Positions 50,177 through 62,700 of a stretch of DNA of 64,000 nt are shown in pieces. Under the pieces are notes generated by a model. That model searched no databases, was not told where the DNA came from, and saw nothing but the letters and a program-made list of their open reading frames with translations. Numbering within the stretch: position 1 is the first letter of the stretch; each line of letters starts with the position of its first letter. Source of the DNA: a virus (taxonomy: Duplodnaviria; Caudoviricetes); IMG/VR virus record IMGVR_UViG_3300046167_000798; one strand, written 5' to 3'. The position numbers were made by a program, and so were the translations under genes.

Positions 50177-51487
50177 TTATCTACTAATAGTCAAGGTACC
50201 TGAGTAGTTTCCATTCAATCCATGGTCAATTGACCTTACTCTGGCATAGAATGTTCCACTTCCTAAAGCAGTTACAACATTTAATGTAGTTGAAGTATAT
50301 TCATCTTCATCAATTATAGGTGATGAGAAATCTGAATTATTATCAACTTGTAATCTATATCCTGTTATACCACTTACAGCATCCCATGTAATATTATGGT
50401 TTTGACCATTAACTTCAGTATAAGCTAAATTAGCTGGGGCTGATGGGGCTGATAAATCACTATGTGAGTTTCCTCCTTTATTGTGTGTTACATAGTCATT
50501 TATTAAATAGGTATCATGTGATTCTACATCAATAGTAACAATCTCAACAGTATCTTCGATAACTTCAATTGATGATATATTAGTTTCAACCAATTCTCCA
50601 TCGATTCTTTTTACTAATTTATCGTTTTCAGTAATATCTTTTATTTGTTTAAATTTGAACAACCCATCATAATTATCTTTAACTAACATTGGGTGTTCCG
50701 ATGTTGCCTTTATATCACCATCATTTATATTATAGTATTTTTCTGCAAATGAGAATATAACATTTGTAACTTCAACTTCTTCTTCAACTTCTCCCTTTTC
50801 TTCACTTGACCAATTAAAAAAGTTACCCTCATCTTCACTTAAATCATTAAATGAATATCCTTGAAGTTTTAATCCTTCACTAACATCTCCTGCTTCTATC
50901 TTTGAACCATCAATTAAAGTAACTGGTGTATCAACTAAAATACAAAGTGCAGTAGAGTTACCATCATATGTATCTACTGAATAAACAGTTTTATCTACAG
51001 CTGTATTATATCGTGTAGCGTGGTGATTGAATCCATCTGCAAATGTTGCTGATAATGTATGTGAATGATTACTCATTAATGATGTTTGTCCTGAACTATA
51101 TTGTGGATTCATAGTACCAACTGTTATAACTGCAGTTGCATCTTGATTAGCACCTACTGATAAAAATCCTTCATCATCACCATCTGAATCAAATGCTGGT
51201 GTAACTCCCCAAGTGAAGTTTTGATATCTATTTCCGATATAAGAATCGAAATTAGCTCCTCTTTCAACAAATCCTAGTTCATAAGTTTCATTAGTACCTT
51301 CTACGGCGTATTGATATCCTCCTAAAGATGCACTTACTGCATCTATACCAAATGAAGATAATGTAATATTATCACCAGCTGATGGTGAACCTTTTATACT
51401 ACCTAATGATACATTTGAATTTTGTACATCACCTGTAGCTCCCGCCAAATTATTTAAACTGAGTGTTTCTCCTGCTGAAATTGCCAT
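50177..51487 (-). CDS. Virion-type protein with a Hint domain and C-terminal FN3
   Basis: Hint from CILVDT through TSEHP to VTHN (50944-50480), then an FN3-like WDAVSG..YRLQV..YARVRS. Confidence 0.85.
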   Translation of the reverse strand: MAISAGETLSLNNLAGATGDVQNSNVSLGSIKGSPSAGDNITLSSFGIDAVSASLGGYQYAVEGTNETYELGFVERGANFDSYIGNRYQNFTWGVTPAFDSDGDDEGFLSVGANQDATAVITVGTMNPQYSSGQTSLMSNHSHTLSATFADGFNHHATRYNTAVDKTVYSVDTYDGNSTALCILVDTPVTLIDGSKIEAGDVSEGLKLQGYSFNDLSEDEGNFFNWSSEEKGEVEEEVEVTNVIFSFAEKYYNINDGDIKATSEHPMLVKDNYDGLFKFKQIKDITENDKLVKRIDGELVETNISSIEVIEDTVEIVTIDVESHDTYLINDYVTHNKGGNSHSDLSAPSAPANLAYTEVNGQNHNITWDAVSGITGYRLQVDNNSDFSSPIIDEDEYTSTTLNVVTALGSGTFYARVRSIDHGLNGNYSGTLTISR

Positions 51488-51499
51488 ATATACTTTTCC

Positions 51500-52495
51500 C
51501 TATATATTATAAATATCGAGTAATTTGTTTATCCACTCTTCTTTATTAGTATAATTATTAATCATAAATTGTTTTAATGATTTAAACCATTTATTTTTTT
51601 CAGAGTATGGGGTTTCGATTAACCTCTTATAAATATCATTAAATTCTTTTTTAGATGAAGCTCTATAAGGATAATTTAAATCCTTACACCAACTTCCATG
51701 TAAAATAGGTAACTTACCTCTATCTATTGCCTCGAATATAGAATATCCAAATGGTTCACTCGTAAAAGAAGAATGAGATATTCCCCAATCCATATTGTAA
51801 AAAGTATCTTTAAATTTAGAATTGTAATGATATATTTTTGATTTTGAGTAATCATATTTACCAAACCCCTTCCATATTGTTTTAAAATGAAATGAATTTG
51901 TAAATATAAAAGATTTTAATCCATCTAAGTAATGTGGATTCTTTCTTCCCTCACACCTTGAAGCAAATCCTATATTATTAGAATCACTTAAATCTAAATT
52001 ATTTTTAAATTCATAAAAGTTTGGTATATTTACATTTTTTGTTAAAATATCATAAACACCAACCCATATATTATATTTTGAACTCTTATTAACTTTTTGT
52101 TCCCATTGTGAATTTATAAATGGATGCCATCCAAAATAAGCATCAGTACCAACTTGGGATTTAATAATATGGTCTACTGAATTATGTAAAACATTTGAAT
52201 GTATTTTATCTAAGTTTTCTTCTATTACTTTCATTGGGGTATAATGACCATGTAATATATTTATTCTTCTTGCTCCTTTACATAGTTCCTCAAACTTTTC
52301 TATATCATCTCCATGCCAATAAGCTTCGATAGGAAATTCATAATCTTCATGTCCTGTTGGTTTATTTCTATGTAAAAGAAGAATTGGTTTTACATTTAAT
52401 TTAGGTACAACTAACTCCATCCATAGATTTACCCAAGTATCAGTTCCAGCATTTACCCAAGGACCACCACCGGTTGTATAATATACATCATACAT
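51500..52495 (-). CDS. GT-B (GT4-like) glycosyltransferase
   Basis: FASRCEGRKNP and EPFGYSIFEA. Confidence 0.75.
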   Translation of the reverse strand: MYDVYYTTGGGPWVNAGTDTWVNLWMELVVPKLNVKPILLLHRNKPTGHEDYEFPIEAYWHGDDIEKFEELCKGARRINILHGHYTPMKVIEENLDKIHSNVLHNSVDHIIKSQVGTDAYFGWHPFINSQWEQKVNKSSKYNIWVGVYDILTKNVNIPNFYEFKNNLDLSDSNNIGFASRCEGRKNPHYLDGLKSFIFTNSFHFKTIWKGFGKYDYSKSKIYHYNSKFKDTFYNMDWGISHSSFTSEPFGYSIFEAIDRGKLPILHGSWCKDLNYPYRASSKKEFNDIYKRLIETPYSEKNKWFKSLKQFMINNYTNKEEWINKLLDIYNI

Positions 52496-52498
52496 ATT

Positions 52499-54193
52499 TT
52501 ATTTTTTTACGATTATAATTCCAGCAAAATTATGATTAAAAACAACTGTTACTCTATTTACAGAGTTTGTTGTTATTGATTGAGGAAATTCTTGTTGTGA
52601 AGTTGAAGTATTCCAACATTGTACTATTGGATACTGTTCACCCAAGTTGTGGTCTACTGCATATGAAGATGCTCCACTAACTGTTTCTTTGTGAGTTGTT
52701 AAATTTGTTATTTGTGCTGAACCACTTATAAGACCTGTACCATTAAATGATGAACCACTAATATTACCTACTGCTTGAATATTGTTATTAAATATTGCAG
52801 TACCAGCTTCAGACATATCCAAAGTTAATGCATTTATGGTTGAACCACCATCTTGTCCTCTAAATACAATATCTTTATTGTTGGTTTCGGATTTTATAAT
52901 AAAATCAGAACTATCTCTTTTAAATCTACCGAAAGAAGTTCCACCATCTTTTAATATGATATCTGTACCATCTGCATCTAAAATGATATCACCACCTGCA
53001 TCAATTGTGAAATCACTACTTTCTGTAATTGTAGAACCACTATGAACTCCATCTGCATTTAATTTAGTTTTAACAAGTGCATCTGTATATCCAACTTTAC
53101 TTGTATTAGCAGTTATTGCATTTGCTTGTGAAGTTGTAATAGTTGTTGGAGTATTTGTATGATTATTATAATTTAAGTAATATGCTGCATTTTGACCATC
53201 TAGTAAGTTTGAATCATCAGCTGCAACTCCTTGTACAATATGACCTCCTTTTGCAACTACTACTCTACCACTTTCAGCTGATGCAAATGTTACTGTTACT
53301 GTATTTACATTTGTTGTTACAATTGAATTTGGGATGAAGTAAGAATCATCATCACCATATACTGTTACAATTACATTTTTAGTATTAAAGTTGTGTGTTA
53401 CTACTTTAGAAGTTGCATTTGTGAAAGTATCGGATACTGTTGCAACTTCTGCAATAGATGAAGAAACATTAGTTAATCCACTACCATCACCTACAAATGA
53501 ACCACTAAATGAACCACTTACGGTCATTCCACTTAATATACTACCACTTAATACTGCTTCAGTATTTAATTTAGATTTTACTCTTGCATCTGTATAATAA
53601 AGGTTTGTATTCTCTGATAATTGTGAAGTATTAAATCCACTAAGTGATATTTGTGAAGAACCACTAACAGTTCCACTTGGTAAGTTTGTTACTATATTAG
53701 ATGTAGTAATTACTTCTGATTCAGAACCTAATTTTCCTACTTTCCAATAATCATTTGTTGAATCCCATAATAAAGAACCACTTACAGTTGAAGAACCAGT
53801 TGCATCTTTTATTAAGATACCTCCTGTTGTTTGAGAACCACCATAGTTAAGTTCTAAAATGTTATCTCCTATGTTAACAGTAGTTGAATCAATTGTAGTT
53901 GTAGTTCCCTCTACTGAAAGGTTTCCTACTATCGTTATGTTGTTTGAAAATGTTTTGTTACCTGCAATGGTTTCATTACCTGTGAGGTTAACATATCTTG
54001 AATCTAGTGAGGTTGTGTAAAAGTGGTAAGTATCTTCTGTGGCTATTTCTTTAATGGAAGGAGTTCCATTATCTTTTTCAAAGTAAATCTTTCCATCGTA
54101 TGTGTTTATTGCCAACTCACCTAACTCTAAATTAGATGTAGTAGGTTTTCTTCCTTCAACCGATGTTCTTTTTAGCTTAACTAATTGTGCCAT
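52499..54193 (-). CDS. Tail fibre protein
   Basis: Mtd_N-like start (VKLKR..PTTSNLELGELAIN), SGSSQ repeats, two HNLG/HNFN..V.VTF modules. Confidence 0.8.
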   Translation of the reverse strand: MAQLVKLKRTSVEGRKPTTSNLELGELAINTYDGKIYFEKDNGTPSIKEIATEDTYHFYTTSLDSRYVNLTGNETIAGNKTFSNNITIVGNLSVEGTTTTIDSTTVNIGDNILELNYGGSQTTGGILIKDATGSSTVSGSLLWDSTNDYWKVGKLGSESEVITTSNIVTNLPSGTVSGSSQISLSGFNTSQLSENTNLYYTDARVKSKLNTEAVLSGSILSGMTVSGSFSGSFVGDGSGLTNVSSSIAEVATVSDTFTNATSKVVTHNFNTKNVIVTVYGDDDSYFIPNSIVTTNVNTVTVTFASAESGRVVVAKGGHIVQGVAADDSNLLDGQNAAYYLNYNNHTNTPTTITTSQANAITANTSKVGYTDALVKTKLNADGVHSGSTITESSDFTIDAGGDIILDADGTDIILKDGGTSFGRFKRDSSDFIIKSETNNKDIVFRGQDGGSTINALTLDMSEAGTAIFNNNIQAVGNISGSSFNGTGLISGSAQITNLTTHKETVSGASSYAVDHNLGEQYPIVQCWNTSTSQQEFPQSITTNSVNRVTVVFNHNFAGIIIVKK

Positions 54194-54313
54194 ATATATG
54201 ACTTACCTTTTTTATATAATTATCTACCCTAAATAATATACTATCTTTATATAAAGATATATATATACTATTTAATTTTTTAAAAATTTGAATCGTTAAA
54301 TGAACTCTCTTAT

Positions 54314-57300
54314 TTAAGAAAGTTTACTTTTCAATTCGTCAATCTGTTTTTGTTGGTCTTTAACTGCTTCGATAAGTAATCCAGTAAGTTTTGCATAATC
54401 CACACCCTTGAATCCATTATCTCTATCAGTTACCAACTGTGGTAAAACCTTCTCAACATCTTGTGCAATTACACCAACATTTGGTAATGATTGTTGTACT
54501 TCATCTGCATTATCATTCCAATCCCAAGTAACACCTTTAAGTGATTGTACTTTTTCGATTGGGTTTTCGATATTTTGAATGTTATCTTTTAATCTTTCAT
54601 CAGAAGAAGCATATGCCACAACATCTCCACCTACTTGTAATGCTTTTGCAATACCCACACCACCATCTACGATTAGTGCTCCAGTCGTTTTACTTGCTGC
54701 CTCTGTTGTTTTATTTATATTAACTGCTTCATTGAATGATTTAGCACCTGTAAATGTTTGTGTTCCACTTAAGTGTGCAGTATCTGAATCTAAATTAGCT
54801 GATGGTAACACACCTGTTACATCATTTGCTAAATCAATTTGATTTCTTGTAATTACTTGTCCACTTATTGTTATATAATCAGGTGTACCAGTTAAACTTA
54901 CATTAGTTGAGTTATCAGTTCCTGCTGCATCTACACCTAGATTACCTCTTGCAGTTGAAGCATCTGCTAAATCAGATAAGTTACTTGATTTAGCTAATTT
55001 AGTACCAACAGTTGTAGTTAATGCAGTTAATGCATCTTCATCATCTGATAAAGAAGCTGATAGTTCACCTAAAGTATCTAGTGTTGAACCAGCCGTACCA
55101 ATTAACTCTGTAAGTTCTGCTTGTACATAAGCAGTTGTTGCAATTTTTGTTGAATCATCATTTGCAGAAGGTGTTGGTGCTGCAGTTGTTCCAGTAAATG
55201 TAGGTGATGCGAACATCGTACTTTTACTTTCGTTTGTTACATTTCCTAATCCTAAATCAGTAGGTGTAAGGTCTCTTGTACTAACTGTTCCATTTGCATC
55301 TGTAACGTGTCCTTCTCCATTAGTTGTAATGTTAATATCTAAATCAGATATTACAGTAGCCCCACTTAATGCTGTTGTATCAATACTAAAGTCATCGCCA
55401 TCAAAAGTTGGGTGAGAATAAACTGTATTTGTATCAGTTGCAGTTATTGTTATATTATCTGCATCTGTATGAGTTAGAGTAATATTAGAACCTGCAACAA
55501 ATTTTATATCATCTGTTCCACTTCCAGCTCCACCAGTTGTATTTCTTAAAATAATATCATTACTACTATCTACAAAAGATAATGTTGTAGTATTTTGAGT
55601 ATTATCGTTAGCTGTCATATCAGTAACAACTAAATCAATAGTTCCATCACCATCTTGGTAAGTAGCTGCAATTCTTGTTTCAGTATTACCACTAAACATT
55701 CCACCTACGATATCTTGAACTTGTTCTGTTGTTAATTGTGTATTATCATTTGGAGTAGTTACAGAACCACCTAATGAAATAGCCGAACCATTAATTGTTA
55801 TACTTGAGTTTGATAATTTAGCATTTGCGATTGAACCAGCAAGTTGTGAACTAGTTACACCACTAATTTGTGATGAACCAGATACTACACCACTTGGTAG
55901 TGATGATAATACGTTTGCTGCATCTGTTACATCAGCATTTTCTTCAATATTATCTAATTTAGATTTTAAAGTATTTGTAAAATCATTTGCTGTTTGAGAT
56001 GCAACTACGAAATCAATATCATTAGTACCATCTTGATAAGTTACTGTTATACCTGTTTCAGTACCACCTAACATTCCACCTACTATATCTTGAACTTGTT
56101 CTGTTGATAATTGAGTGTTATCGTTTGGAGTTGTTACTGAACCTCCTAGTGAGACAGCCTGAACCATTAATTGTAATTGATGAATTTGCTAAATCATCAT
56201 TTTGTATTGTTCCTAATGTTATTGCCTGTCCACTAATTCCTAAATAATCATGTGAGGTTGTTACAAGTGTTACATCTGTTGAATTATCTGTTCCTGCTGC
56301 ATCTACACCAAGTGCTGTTCTTGCTGCACCTGCTGAAGTTGCTCCTGTACCACCACTTCCGATTGGTACTGTTCCACCAGTTATTTCTTGTCCACTTAAT
56401 GATAAGTAATTTGTATTTCCTAAAGTTACATCTGTTGAGTTATCAGTTCCAGCTGCATCTACACCTAAGTTAGTTCTTGCAGTTCCAGCATTTGCTAAAT
56501 CAGATAAGTTTGAAGATTTAGCCAATTTAGTACCAACAGTTGTAGTTAATGCAGTTAATGCATCTTCATCATCCGATAAAGAAGCAGAAAGTTCTCCAAG
56601 TGTATCTAATGTTGAACCAGCAGTACCTACTAATTCTGTAAGTTCCCCTTGTACATAAGCAGTTGTTGCTATTTTTGTTGAACTATCGTTTGCCGAAGGT
56701 GTTGGTGCCGCGGTTGTTCCAGTAAATGTAGGAGAAGTAAACATTGTTGATTTACTCTCATTTGTTACATTACCCAAACCAACATCACCTTTAGTAGTTG
56801 CCTGTGCTCTTAAGTTTGCATAAGTTCCACTTTGTGAGAAAGCAGCAACATCAGAAATATCTGATGAAGATATGGATAAGAACGATTTTACATCTGAAGC
56901 CGAACCACTAACAACTTCTTCTGCAGTTAATTTTGTTTTTACAAGTGCATCTGTATATCCAACTTTACTTGAGTTAGCACTAATTGCTGATGCCTGAGCC
57001 CCACTAATAGTTGTAGTATCACCTGCAAGTGCAGTTGTTGAACTTGTACCTAGTTGTAGAGTTGTTACCGAACCACCTAGTGAAACAGCCGAACCATCTA
57101 TTGTTATACTTGAATTTGATAATTTACTATTTGCTATTGAACCAGCTAATTGAGTATTTGTAATCGTACCACTTAAATTACTTGTTAAATATCCTGTTGA
57201 ATCTGCCAAATCAAATGCTGGTGTTGCATCTGAACCACCTAGTGATACCGAAACTCCACCGAATGATACCGATGAGTTTGATAATTTAGAATTCGCTATT

Positions 57301-59099
57301 GAACCAGCAAGTTGTGAATTAGTTATTCCACTAATTTGTGATGAACCACTTACTACACCATCAGCTACTGTAAATGTTATTGTTTCATCTGAACTTTGGT
57401 TAAGTGTTATTGCACCACCTCCATCTAATCCATTTCCTGCAGTAAATGTGATTGTATTATTATTAACATCACTTGCTAATGCATTTACCTGGTCTGAACC
57501 AGATACTACACCACTTGGAAGAATTGCAGTTACATTACCTGCAGTTACAGTACCTATTGTTACTATTGAATTATCACCAGCATATGTTCCACCAGCAACA
57601 GTTGCCAATGTTGAATTAAATGCTTGTACATCTGAGCCGATTGCAACTCCTAAGTTTGTTCTTGCAGTTGATGCATTTGCTAAATCAGATAAATTACTTG
57701 ATTTTGCTAATTTTGTTCCTACTGTTGTTACTAAACTTGCAAGTGAACCAGAATCTTCAGATAATGAAGCAGAAAGTTCTCCTAGTGTATCTAGTGTTGA
57801 ACCAGCAGTACCTACTAAATCAGTAAGTTCTTGTTGTACATAAGCAGTTGTTGCAATTCTAGTAGAATTATTATTTACTCCTTGTGTTGGTGCAGTTGGA
57901 TTACCAGTAAGTGCTGGTGAACTGAACATTGTTGTTTTTGATTCATTTGTTACATTACCTAAACCAACATCTCCTGCCGTAGTTCCTTGTGCTCTTAAGT
58001 TTGCATAAGTTCCACTTTGTGAGAACGCTGCAACATCAGTAATATCAGCAGATGTAATTGAACCACTTAATACTTCTTCTGCATCTAATTTTGTTTTTAC
58101 TCGTGTATCAGTATAGTATAAGTTTGTATTTTCAGATAATTGTGAAGTATTAAATCCACTTAAAGATATTTGTTCTGAACCTGATACTATTCCACTACCA
58201 TTTGTTATTGTTGCTAATGCAAGTGAACCACCTAATGAAACTGCGTTACCTGCAATACTAATTGATGAATTAGAAAGTTTTGAATTTCCAATTGAACCAG
58301 CTAATTTACTTGATGCAATTGAACCTGCTAATTGTGTGTTTGTAATCGTACCACTTAAATTACTTGTTAAATATCCAGTTGCATCTGCCAAATCAAATGC
58401 TGGTGTTGCATCTGAAGCTCCTAAAGCTACACTTACACCACCAAATGATACTGAACTATTACTAAGTTTAGAATTTGCAATTGAACCAGCTAATTGTGTG
58501 TTAGTTACACCACTTATTTGTGCTGAACTAGATATTACTTCTTGATTATCTAATTGTTGTTTAACATCAGCTACCCAACCAGTAGTTTGGTCTGCACTAA
58601 TTTGTCCCGAACCAGATACAATACCTGTTCCGAAATAATTTATTTTTGAAGATGCAATTGCTGCAGATGCATTTACATCAGCATTTACAATTGCTCCCGC
58701 CGTAATAGAAACAGTACCGCCAGCAGCGATTCCTATATCACCACTAACATTCCCATATATACTATCTTCTAAATTTGAAAAAGTTACTTTTTTCTCTGTT
58801 CCATTATCACTTATAAGGAAATTATCTCCTTGTGCAACTGAAGCTCCTCCAAGTGCACTTAGTGAATCTATATTAAAAGCAGTTGCCGCAACACCTGTAA
58901 GATTAGAACCATCCCCTACGAATGAACCAGTAAATGAACCAGAAAAATCTGCAGAAGGTTTTGCTCCTGTCGGATTACCTCCTGAGTTCTGTTCAACTGT
59001 TGTAAGTCCACCTGCAGAATCTAATTCTAATACTACTCTTGTTCCATCGGTTCTTGGGAATATTAATGAACCGGTTATTTCGGGATTGTGTATTTTCAT
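54314..59099 (-). CDS. Long tail fibre with C-terminal S74 autocleaving chaperone (~1594 aa, one inserted base at ~56158)
   Basis: Three ~115-aa repeats (KIATTAYVQ..LDTLGELSA..KSSNLSDL), SSDERLKDNI...GVIAQ. The ORFs join as INGS-AVSLGG. Confidence 0.88.
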
Positions 59100-59135
59100 T
59101 GTATATTTTTCCTTTTCAAATTTATTTTAATTTTA

Positions 59136-59786
59136 TTATACAGTGCCACCATCAATTGATGATATCACCACCGCATTAGCAGTTCCACTAACATCTCCAC
59201 CCATTGTTATTTGAGCGGATGATGAGAAAACTCCTTCTGCATTTAATTTTGTTTTTATTTGTCCTGATAGTCCATCAATACTTGCGGCTGATATTGAACC
59301 ACTTATTAAATGTCCACCTTGTGCAACAACTATATAACCACTTGTTGCTGTTGAAAATGTTACAGTTGCACTATTATTATTATCTAATTTTATAGATTCT
59401 GGTATAAGCTGAAAGTTAGTAGAGTCATATACTTGTATGATTGGACTTTCTGTAGCTAGATTATGGTCTACTGTTACAGAGGTTTGATTTGTAAAGTTAG
59501 CTTTGGTTGTAGCAACTTGTGCTACTGTTATATTTGTAAGTTGTGAACCATCACCTTGAAATGCTGAAGCAGATATTGAACCACTTGCTCTTAATGAACC
59601 GGTTAAAATTCCTTGATGGTCGAGAGTAACAAACTGTTTTATACTATCTCCAACCGCAGAACCCGATTTTCTTAGGAATACTGTTCCATCGTTTACATTT
59701 AATGCTAATTCACCAACTGCTAAATTGGATGTAGTTGGTTTACTTCCTGCTGTTAGACTTCTCTTGAGTTTTACTATCTGAGCCAT
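59136..59786 (-). CDS. Short tail fibre-like protein
   Basis: Same Mtd_N-like N-terminus and HNL module as 52499..54193. Confidence 0.75.
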   Translation of the reverse strand: MAQIVKLKRSLTAGSKPTTSNLAVGELALNVNDGTVFLRKSGSAVGDSIKQFVTLDHQGILTGSLRASGSISASAFQGDGSQLTNITVAQVATTKANFTNQTSVTVDHNLATESPIIQVYDSTNFQLIPESIKLDNNNSATVTFSTATSGYIVVAQGGHLISGSISAASIDGLSGQIKTKLNAEGVFSSSAQITMGGDVSGTANAVVISSIDGGTV

Positions 59787-62700
59787 TTATTTTGATTCCT
59801 TAATAATTTTTTTTAGTTCTATTACTTCTTTATTTAAATCTTTTATTCCTTCTATAAGTAATGGGATTATTTTATCGTATTTTACAGATTTAAATCCACT
59901 CTCTTTTGTATGAACCAATTCCGGTAAGATTTTTTCAATTTCTTGAGCTATTACACCATAATCCTTACCTTTATAAGTATCTTGTTTTTCTTCATTCCAA
60001 TCAAAAGTATTACCAGAAATCTCATTTATTTTCTCTAATGGATTTTGAATAGGTTGGATATTATTTTTTAATCTTTCATCTGAAGAAGCATAAGCCACAA
60101 TATCATCACTTGCTTTTATAGTACCAGTTACATGAATATCATCTGAAATTTGGAATCTTGAATTTGCATGATTCCATGTAATTGATTCATTTGCTCCTGC
60201 TATTTCAATACCAGCACCATCAGCAGCTGCTGAATCAGCTGAACCACTTGCAACTGTTATTACTTTATCTTCAATTCTTAATTCTGTTACTTGTAGTTCA
60301 GTTGCTGAACCTTGTACTACTAAACTTCCATTTATTTGAACATCACCTGTAAAATCACCATCTGCAAACGTAACATTATTTGTTGTTGCAAGATTTTGGT
60401 TAATTGTATCTAGGTTTGCCTTATTAGAATGAGTGTGTGTATCTGATTCTAAAGAATCTAAACGAGAATCTAATGAAGTTGAAACGGCAGTTCCTGCAAA
60501 TAAACTATTGATTTGAGATGAACCACTAACAACACTATCACCATTTATTTCTAAATAAACTGAATTTAAATTAGAAGTTAATTGAGTAGAACCACTAATT
60601 ACACCACTTGGAAGAATTGCAGTTACATTACCTGCAGTTACAGTTCCTAATGTTGTAATGTTTCCTTGTGTAAAGTGTTCGTTTGAATTATATCCAGTTA
60701 CCGAAGAGAGTGTAATTTGAGATGAACCACTAACTACTGTTTCTTCATTTAATTTTGCTTTTACAAGTGCATCTGTATATCCAACTTTACCTGTGTTGGT
60801 TGAAATTGCAGATGCTTGACCACCTGTTATAGTTGTTGGTTGATTTTGTATTGAATTATAATCAATTTGAGCAGATGAGGAAACTACACTATCTCCTTCT
60901 ACTTTTAAGAATCCTAATGAATCAATTTGTGCAGATGAAGAAACTAATCCACTTCCATTTGTAATTTGAGCAGAACCACTAAGTACTCCCTCTGTATTTA
61001 ATTTTGCTTTTACAAGAGCATCTGTATATCCAACTTTACTTGAGTTAGTTCCAACATTAGTTTCTAATGTATCTAAATCAACTGCTTGTGTAATAGATAT
61101 AAATGCCAATTTATTAGATTGACCAGATGAAATTGTTGTTGGTTGATTTTGTATTGAATTATAATCAATTTGAGCAGATGAGGAAACTACACTATCCCCA
61201 TTAGTATTTAAGTATCTTGAATCAAATACAGATGTTAATTGTGAAGAACCACTAATTACACCTTCAGTATTTAATTTTGTTTTTACTTTAGTATCTGAAT
61301 ATTGATTTATAGAAGAATAGTTTGTTGTTTGAGATACATCAACTTGTGATGAACCACTAACTACACTATCTCCATCTTTTTCTAAAAATAAGTTATAATT
61401 TTGAATTTGTGCAGAAGAAGATACAACACCATCTCCTAGTGTATCTAAGAAATCTGCCGATAATTGTGCAGAAGATGAAAATACACCCTCAGCATTTAAT
61501 TTAGTTTTTACACCACCAGTAAAGTGAGCCGAACCTGTACTAACAGCAATGTGAATATTACCTTGTACACCTTTTGCTCCACCAACTTCAGTACCAGTTG
61601 GTAAATGAATAAGACCGGTTGTTGCATCTGAGAATACAGATGATGGGTTAACTTCTGTGATATCACCAGCACCTGCTGAAATTAATGCATCATTTACTGC
61701 TTTTGTGGTTGGTATTGAGTTAGGGTCATCTGCAATAGAAGCAGAAACATTAAAGAATGCTGAAGTTCCTAAAACTCTTTTTCCAATCTGTCCTGCAGAA
61801 CCACTAAATAATGCAGTTTGTTGACCTATAGCCAGAGTACCTAAATTTGTTAAAGTTACTCCTTGGAATGTAGGTGAATCTCCTGTTTGTAATCCGGTAT
61901 CTACATCTTGATTAACTCCATTAATTTGTGCTCTTACTGTACCTTGTGATGGGGAACTGAATACAGAACCACTAACCAATCCACTTGGTAAAATAGCACT
62001 TATATCTCCACTTGTTACAGTTCCTACTGTTGTAATATTTCCTTGTGTAAAGTGTTCGTTTGAATTATATCCGGTTACTGAAGTTAATGAAACTTGTGAA
62101 GAACCACTAATTACACCTTCATCGTTTATTTTTTCTTTTATACCATTAGTAAAATGAACAGAACCAGTATCTAATGTAATACTTCTATTTGTATCAATAG
62201 TACCACCACCACTTAAACCTTTACCACTTCCAACTGATATAGATGAGTGGTCAATATGTTCACTTGTTACAAAACCAGTTGTATCATCGTGAGATATTTG
62301 AGCAGATGATGAAATTACATCATCTCCATTAGTATTTAAGTATCTTGAATCAAATGTACTTGTTAATTGACCAGAACCACTAATTACACCTTCAGTATTT
62401 AATTTTGTTTTTACTTTTGTATCTGTATAATATTCATTTGAACCTTCTGATAAATCAGATGTTGAAAATCCACTTAATGATACTTGAGCAGAACCACTAA
62501 ATAAAGTTGGTTTGTTTAATACATTAGAATATTCTACTGAACTTGCTTGTATATTACCTACTACTCTTGAACCATCTAAGTTACCTGTCGTATTAGCAAG
62601 GGTAATTTGAGCAGATGAGGAAACTACATTATCTCCATCTATTTCTAAATATCTTAAATCTAAATCACCAGTTAATTGAGCTGAAGATGAAATTACTCCA

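Noticed and set aside
50480-50944. Canonical splicing intein
   Set aside because: The +1 residue is Lys rather than C/S/T, there is no endonuclease, and the host is not a conserved enzyme site.
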